Part shown: piece after piece, positions 20,855 to 25,855 of the stretch
How the letters are laid out: each line of letters begins with the position of its first letter
How positions within the stretch are numbered: position 1 is the stretch's first letter
Made by a program: the position numbers and the translations under genes
The notes under the pieces: generated by a model
The model's database searches: none
What the model saw: only the letters and a program-made list of their open reading frames with translations
What the model was told of the DNA's origin: nothing
Origin: Azolla caroliniana
Taxonomy: Eukaryota; Plantae; Polypodiophyta
Assembly: GCA_043228905.1 (NCBI GenBank)
Contig: JBHGNT010000434.1
Location: 1 to 25,855, forward strand
DNA: 25,855 bases
Reading direction: 5' to 3'

Positions 20855-23635
20855 ATGAGTGAAGATTCACCGTTCTCGATTGAAGAATATTGTTTGTCAT
20901 CAGACACATCGTTTTCTACTGAAGAGTATTGTTTATCAACAGAGTCACCATATTCGATTGAAGAATATTGTCTTTCGACCGACTCACCAAATTCTATCGA
21001 AGAATATTGTCTGAGCTCATCTACAGGGAATGCAAATAATGACACATGTGAAGAGTTCTCTATTGAAGAATACGATATTAATAAAGATACCGGGAATGAA
21101 GGAAGTGCCCAGGAAACATTGAATAACATTGGCGATGGTCAGAACAGAGAATTAGACTGTAACAAGGTTACACCAACCTCTATGCAGGAAGAGAAATCTG
21201 GGAGCCCTATGCATATTAGAAGAATCCCACGAAGAATTCGTCTGGCTAGATTTAGCTTGGTGACATCAGATAAACAGATTGGATTTGATGTCAACAAAAT
21301 ATGTTGTGCCCGTGGTTGTATGTCTATGATTGGAAAATCAAAGTTGCGAGAATTAAGGCGATACTATTTTTCGATGACCGGTGATGAGCAAGACACTTAC
21401 CTCGGATCACATATGCAACTAGTATCTGACAAATGTACGGGGATCAAAGTATCATTCGAGTATTATATCTTCCATGCGCAACAGATATGTAGAGTTGCAT
21501 TCAAAATTGTGTTATGTGTTAGTAACATGCGGCTACATAGAGTACAACAACGTCTACTTAGCGGGGATCAGATGCTCAATTGTAAAGAGGTTCCAAGTAT
21601 GAAAGGTGCAATTGGAAGACTAGCTATTGGCTGGATGAAAACTTACTTTCAGTTAAATTGTGAAGTAATGCCCACTACAGGTAGGATGCATCTTTCTGAT
21701 AATTATACCCGTCGGGAAGTTTATGATGTCTATCGATCTGAAATGTTGGGCTCACGTAATAAGTCTATCACCTATAGCCAATTCACAAGATTATGGAGAG
21801 CTCGGTTTTCAAATGTTATTATTCCTCGTAAAGTACGTATGGGTTATTGCTCCATTTGTGCAAATCTTAAAAGTTTGGCTAAAGGTGCAAAGACATCAAT
21901 GGAAAAGGATACGAGTAAGAAGTTACTACAAGAGCATCGCGAGGCACAATCCTTAGAACGAAGGAAGGCGATGCATCATAGAGAGAAGTGTTTGAAGAGG
22001 CCTGAACAATACATGTGCTTAATGATAGATGGCATGGACCAGAAGAAGACATGCTTGCCGCATATGCGGAGGCTCCCCAAAGATGTCAATGATGAGTGCC
22101 TTGTTCAAATGCACTTGGTGGGATGCTTGGCTTATAATAGGTCTGTTCGACCTCACGTCTTCATTACTTACCCCAATGTTCACAATGACCCTAACCTAAC
22201 AGTTACAGTGATTCACCGAGTTTTGATGTCTTGGGGACAACCTTTCCCCCCTGTTCTATACATTCAATTGGACAATACTGCTAGAGAGAACAAAAATTCA
22301 ACTGTATTTGGCTATCTAAGTATGTTGGTCAACCTAGAATTGTTTAGGAAAGTGAAAGTCAATTTCCTTTTGGTTGGCCACACACATGACCATATAGATC
22401 AGATGTTTAGCACATTCTCCAGACAGTTGTCTCGGCATGATGCTTTCACTTTACCTAAACTATTTGATGTCATTTGTGATGCATATACACCACGCCCAAA
22501 AGTGTTACACTTGAAGGAGGTATATGACTTTAAGAGATATATATTAGATGGGGGTGGTGGGAATGTTAAAGTGCTTGCTCAGTTAAACAATATAAGTTTC
22601 AATCACATTTTTTTGATAAAGAAAAATGGAATAAGTGGTTCTACACTTTTGTATGCTAAACAATATTCATCTTCTACAACATGGGAACCTAAAGGTGGTT
22701 GCCAGTTATTACTTTGTATGCCGAGTACAATTGTCCATGGAGCTAAGCAAATGCCAATTGAGAAGAAAGGACAGTTGCAGAGCGACTTGGTATTAGAACA
22801 AAAACGGTCATGGCTCCAAGCCTTAGAAGAAAAAAGAAAACATATTGAGGCCGCCAAGAAATATGCCGCACAACAAGACACGTCATGGTGGGATGTATTT
22901 TATAGTGATCAGAAAGAAATTATAGACAATTGTGTATCTGTTGATAATTGGAATTTGGAAACGCCATTCACATGGTCGCTGCAACATGATCGCGTAAATA
23001 GAAGTCCGGAGCGACTAGTAAATGCGATTAATGACAGCTTGGTCCATCCACAACAAAGAGACATTTATGTGGGACCAAGGATGACCAAAGCAGCCGAAGC
23101 TAGATGGCAAGGAAATTTGCAAGAGCTCACCGCGGGGATGTTGATTGCAACGCCGGCTGATGAGAACTCACATGGCCACCAATTTTGGGTTGGTAAAATT
23201 CTAGAAGTGCTAATGCATGAAATAGATAACACGATCAAGTCTATAAATGTTCATTGGTACAACACTAGAAGTGCAAATGCTTTTACAGGTAAGTATACAT
23301 TGGAGATGATTGAATGCCAAACAAGAAGGGGAGGTAGGAAGAGGAAGCGAAACATTCGTAACACCTCGACCCTTGATATCTCTGATGTGGATATCATCGT
23401 GTACGACTTCACACTTACAAAAGCCGGACGATTAAGGAAGTCAACAATAGATATAATAAAAGAAAAATTACCAGGTCTACAAGGTGGCTCGAGTCAAAGG
23501 CAAACGAGATCTGCTACATATAATCTAGAGTCAAACCATTTGGTTTATGACGAAGATAATGCACTGATTGGTACATCCGAGGATGATGAGGAGGAATCGT
23601 CATTGTATATTAGTTATAGTAGTGATTCTCCGTAA
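20855..23635 (+). CDS. 926-aa Sola/DUF7869-like DDD transposase (copy 2, in the complete element)
   Basis: Intact single ORF with GCCATG start; motifs IDGMDQKK, QLDNTARENKN, VGHTHDHIDQMFS; NLS-like RRGGRKRKR; acidic tail. Confidence 0.85.
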   Translation: MSEDSPFSIEEYCLSSDTSFSTEEYCLSTESPYSIEEYCLSTDSPNSIEEYCLSSSTGNANNDTCEEFSIEEYDINKDTGNEGSAQETLNNIGDGQNRELDCNKVTPTSMQEEKSGSPMHIRRIPRRIRLARFSLVTSDKQIGFDVNKICCARGCMSMIGKSKLRELRRYYFSMTGDEQDTYLGSHMQLVSDKCTGIKVSFEYYIFHAQQICRVAFKIVLCVSNMRLHRVQQRLLSGDQMLNCKEVPSMKGAIGRLAIGWMKTYFQLNCEVMPTTGRMHLSDNYTRREVYDVYRSEMLGSRNKSITYSQFTRLWRARFSNVIIPRKVRMGYCSICANLKSLAKGAKTSMEKDTSKKLLQEHREAQSLERRKAMHHREKCLKRPEQYMCLMIDGMDQKKTCLPHMRRLPKDVNDECLVQMHLVGCLAYNRSVRPHVFITYPNVHNDPNLTVTVIHRVLMSWGQPFPPVLYIQLDNTARENKNSTVFGYLSMLVNLELFRKVKVNFLLVGHTHDHIDQMFSTFSRQLSRHDAFTLPKLFDVICDAYTPRPKVLHLKEVYDFKRYILDGGGGNVKVLAQLNNISFNHIFLIKKNGISGSTLLYAKQYSSSTTWEPKGGCQLLLCMPSTIVHGAKQMPIEKKGQLQSDLVLEQKRSWLQALEEKRKHIEAAKKYAAQQDTSWWDVFYSDQKEIIDNCVSVDNWNLETPFTWSLQHDRVNRSPERLVNAINDSLVHPQQRDIYVGPRMTKAAEARWQGNLQELTAGMLIATPADENSHGHQFWVGKILEVLMHEIDNTIKSINVHWYNTRSANAFTGKYTLEMIECQTRRGGRKRKRNIRNTSTLDISDVDIIVYDFTLTKAGRLRKSTIDIIKEKLPGLQGGSSQRQTRSATYNLESNHLVYDEDNALIGTSEDDEEESSLYISYSSDSP
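20858..21016 (+). repeat. 4 x 39-bp (13-aa) in-frame repeat at the transposase N-terminus
   Basis: DSPFSIEEYCLS / DTSFSTEEYCLS / ESPYSIEEYCLS / DSPNSIEEYCLS, plus a partial FSIEEY; mirrored at 3178-3336. Confidence 0.9.
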
Positions 23636-23957
23636 AGGAGTGATCATGAATGTATATTTGGCTATTAAGTGTAACTACATTCCGCTTGTAACAAATCGAG
23701 TAATATAAAATCATGTGTTTTGAATTCTTATGATTTCCCAAAAATCGTTTCTTATAAAATAACATTGGTTGTAAAGTTGGTGATATAAATTGAGAATGTA
23801 TGTTTTTGAAATTCGTCTTTTTTTAGTTACTTCTAAATCACGAAAATAGTGGATTTTTAACCTTTTTCATAGTATGTTTGAACTTGTATGATACTGGTAT
23901 CAATGTGTTTTGTAAAATCATTGAAAAACCCCTAAAATTTCCCTTATCCTTCCATTT

Positions 23958-23993
23958 ATGCGCGATCCTTCCACTTGTGAACGCGAACGTGTT
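23958..23993 (-). repeat. Terminal inverted repeat (transposase-side end)
   Basis: ATGCGCGATCCTTCCACTTGTGAACGCGAACGTGTT; reverse complement of 14689-14724 with one mismatch. Confidence 0.92.
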
Positions 23994-23997
23994 TAAA
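23994..23997 (+). other. Target-site duplication TAAA (right)
   Basis: Directly follows the TIR and matches 14685-14688. Confidence 0.75.
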
Positions 23998-24510
23998 GCG
24001 TTAACAAACAAATGTAATGGTTCACGCGGGAAGCGTGAACGGCTAAAAACCCTGTGTATATAAAGGGCAGAAATCCTCTGTAAGAGGTAGTGTGTAATTT
24101 TGGAGTATAGAGCGTTTTTCTAATAAATTACTATCTTCTCGGATATCTGTGCATATCTGTGGCTTTCTCTGTTGCATTCTTGGTTTCTCTGTTGCGTACT
24201 GTTAATCGTAAGGGTGTAGGTGTAAGCGCGGATCCCAGCGCACTTCCTAAAGAGTTCAGTTGTAGACGTCTCCCTTATACGCTACTAGGATACGAGGGAG
24301 TATCCCATTACGATTTACGGTACGAAGGTTCTATTCCTTTTAACACGGTCACCTTGAGGTCTACCTCGAAGGACTGAGCGTAGACAGTGTTCTTAATCGG
24401 TAACAGTAGGCCATTGGAGGTCTACACTCCTAGACTATTATGTAGTTATCCGAGGAGTTAGTGTCTGATGCTCTATACGAGCACTGAACTACTTGTCAGT
24501 ACTTCTATCA
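23998..24510 (+). mobile_element. Remainder of the Gypsy 3' LTR (3' end tentative)
   Basis: Continues the pre-insertion site; TATA-like TATATAAA near 24057; candidate end ...TATCA at 24510 pairs with the TGAT start at 14593. No second LTR in the window to confirm. Confidence 0.45.
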
Positions 24511-24674
24511 GTCCTTTATATGTATAGACTCTTGGAGTATTTTTTAAATTAGAGTTTTATGTTGTTCTACTCTCTTTGTGTTCTGTGAAGTTTCCATTAA
24601 ACCTTAGTTCCATTTTCTCTTGCTATCCGACAGAGGCGGTTGTGTTTGTTAGATTCCACACGCTAATATTTACA

Positions 24675-24685
24675 TGGTATCAAAG
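24675..24685 (+). other. Primer-binding site, tRNA-iMet type
   Basis: CA|TGGTATCAAAG versus canonical TGGTATCAGAG (1 mismatch). Confidence 0.8.
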
Positions 24686-24775
24686 TGCAAGGGTTGAAAA
24701 TCCTCTGTTACCGACACGATACCTGAGAAAACTAGAAGAAAACCTAACTTCCGGGTAAGAACAACCTGAAGAAAG

Positions 24776-25855
24776 ATGGACAGAGGAACGGCTAGCCCGC
24801 TTCAAACGTAGAAGCTCGACAGAGGCAACTATGCATCTTGGTCTCACAAGATGCACCAGTACCTGCTCGGACACGGTTACTAGATCTATTTCGAAGGAGC
24901 GAATGAAGTAGCGCTGGAGTCGGCACACAAGGACTTCTTGTCATGGGATCAAGGAGCGAGTAGACTTCTATACTGGCTCGTGTCCTGTGTGCACGACCAG
25001 ATGCTTGGCTACATCAGAGATGTGAAAACGTCGAAGGAGGCCTGGGAAAATCCCAAAACGATTTTCACCACCACTACCACAGCCTATATGTTGCAGCTCC
25101 GACAAGAGCTCAACAACATCCGACAAAGGGATATGTCGGTTACGGATTATACCACTAAGATAAAGGAGATCTGTGACGCATTAGGTTCCATCAATGTAAC
25201 GGTGGATGAAGAAGAGATGGTCTAGATCTGCCTCAGTGGTCTAGCGCAGAGGTACGAGCCTATCCAGACAATGATTTGCACCCGGGAGAAGCCACCATCC
25301 TTCATTGACTAGCAATCAATGTTGATGGTTGAAGAAAACCACGTGAGTGGGTCCAAGACCACTCAATTGGATAGTCGGATGTACACAGAGACAGATCGAC
25401 CCATGGGCGTGGAGGACGAGGTGGTTCGGCACGCAATAGCGGCGGCCAACAAGAGTAGAATCAAAGGCATGGAGATAGTGCCGAGAGTAGTGCCGAGAGT
25501 AGTGCGAGACCCTCCACGAGTAGGGGGAGTCAAGGCGGCATCGGAAACCAAAACAAAATGTTGGTATTGTGGCAAGAAAGGACACCGAGAGAGCGAGTGT
25601 TGGAAGAAGCGCACTGATTCAAACAAATCAGGATCTAGAAAGACCAGAAAAGGGCAGCCTTCGTAATCAAACATAAGACGAACTCGATGAAGATGACCAC
25701 TTCCACATCGGAGGAAGTGTGGTATGTTGACTCCGGAGCATCTAACCATATGACAAGCCACGAAGAGTGGTTCTCATATTTGGAGGAACCGAAACAACCG
25801 GAGATGACACTCCTCACCCGATCGAGCATGTCGGAGAGGTCCCTTTGAGTCATGT
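24776..25855 (+). pseudogene. Copia gag-protease pseudogene
   Basis: KLDRGNYASWSHKMHQYL (gag N-terminus), UBN2-like SKEAWE...QLRQELNNIRQRDMSVTDY, zinc knuckle CWYCGKKGHRESEC, protease WYVDSGASNHMT; several in-frame stops and frameshifts. Confidence 0.9.

Larger units (their letters stand above)
14689..23993 (+). mobile_element. Complete 9,305-bp Sola/DUF7869-like DNA transposon carrying a ParB-methyltransferase gene and a palindrome array
   Basis: 36-bp TIRs with 1 mismatch, 4-bp TSD, two intact divergent genes. A 4-bp TSD and a DDD triad fit the Sola superfamily (assigned by motif recognition, not by a search). Confidence 0.9.
16074..24193. repeat. Right arm of the large inverted duplication
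   Basis: Reverse complement of 1-8170; 50 bp shorter, with the length difference confined to the palindrome array. Confidence 0.97.
24511..25855 (+). mobile_element. Degenerate Ty1/Copia retrotransposon: 3' part of the 5' LTR, PBS, gag-protease; runs off the window
   Basis: LTR end ...TTTACA at 24674, then a PBS and Copia-type gag. The left boundary is inferred from the tentative Gypsy LTR end. Confidence 0.8.

Noticed and set aside
201-23993. One giant composite or foldback transposon with 8-kb TIRs
   Set aside because: Symmetry continues beyond the TIRs into host LTR DNA, the flanks are inverted rather than a direct TSD, and 14689-23993 already has its own TIR pair and TSD.
25472-25508. 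12-bp tandem repeat (GAGAGTAGTGCC-like) in Copia gag
   Set aside because: Ordinary slippage in the low-complexity gag linker of a dead element.

Overview
Eukaryotic, transposon-nested DNA, probably from a plant (spliceosomal GT-AG introns, Gypsy and Copia decay products, tRNA-iMet PBS; a non-seed plant is only a guess). The centrepiece is an apparently intact 9,305-bp cut-and-paste DNA transposon (14689-23993) with 36-bp TIRs and a 4-bp TAAA target-site duplication, inserted in the 3' LTR of a dead Gypsy element, which is followed by a dead Copia element. The transposon has two divergent genes. One is a 926-aa Sola/DUF7869-like DDD transposase with a possible C-terminal chromatin-reader barrel. 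The other is a six-exon gene, visible in the ORF track only as fragments, encoding a ~965-aa ParB/Srx-like domain fused to a beta-class amino (N6-adenine/N4-cytosine) DNA methyltransferase. Intron 1 of that gene holds 12-13 near-perfect 43-bp CpG-rich palindromes at ~51-bp period. Their short spacers occur in both orientations, and their outer bases mimic the transposon end plus target site. Bases 1-8170 are an inverted duplicate of 16074-24193 that includes host LTR flank and is truncated in the last methyltransferase exon. This gives an 8.2-kb-arm fold-back that is either a Mu-killer-like hairpin locus or an assembly chimera.
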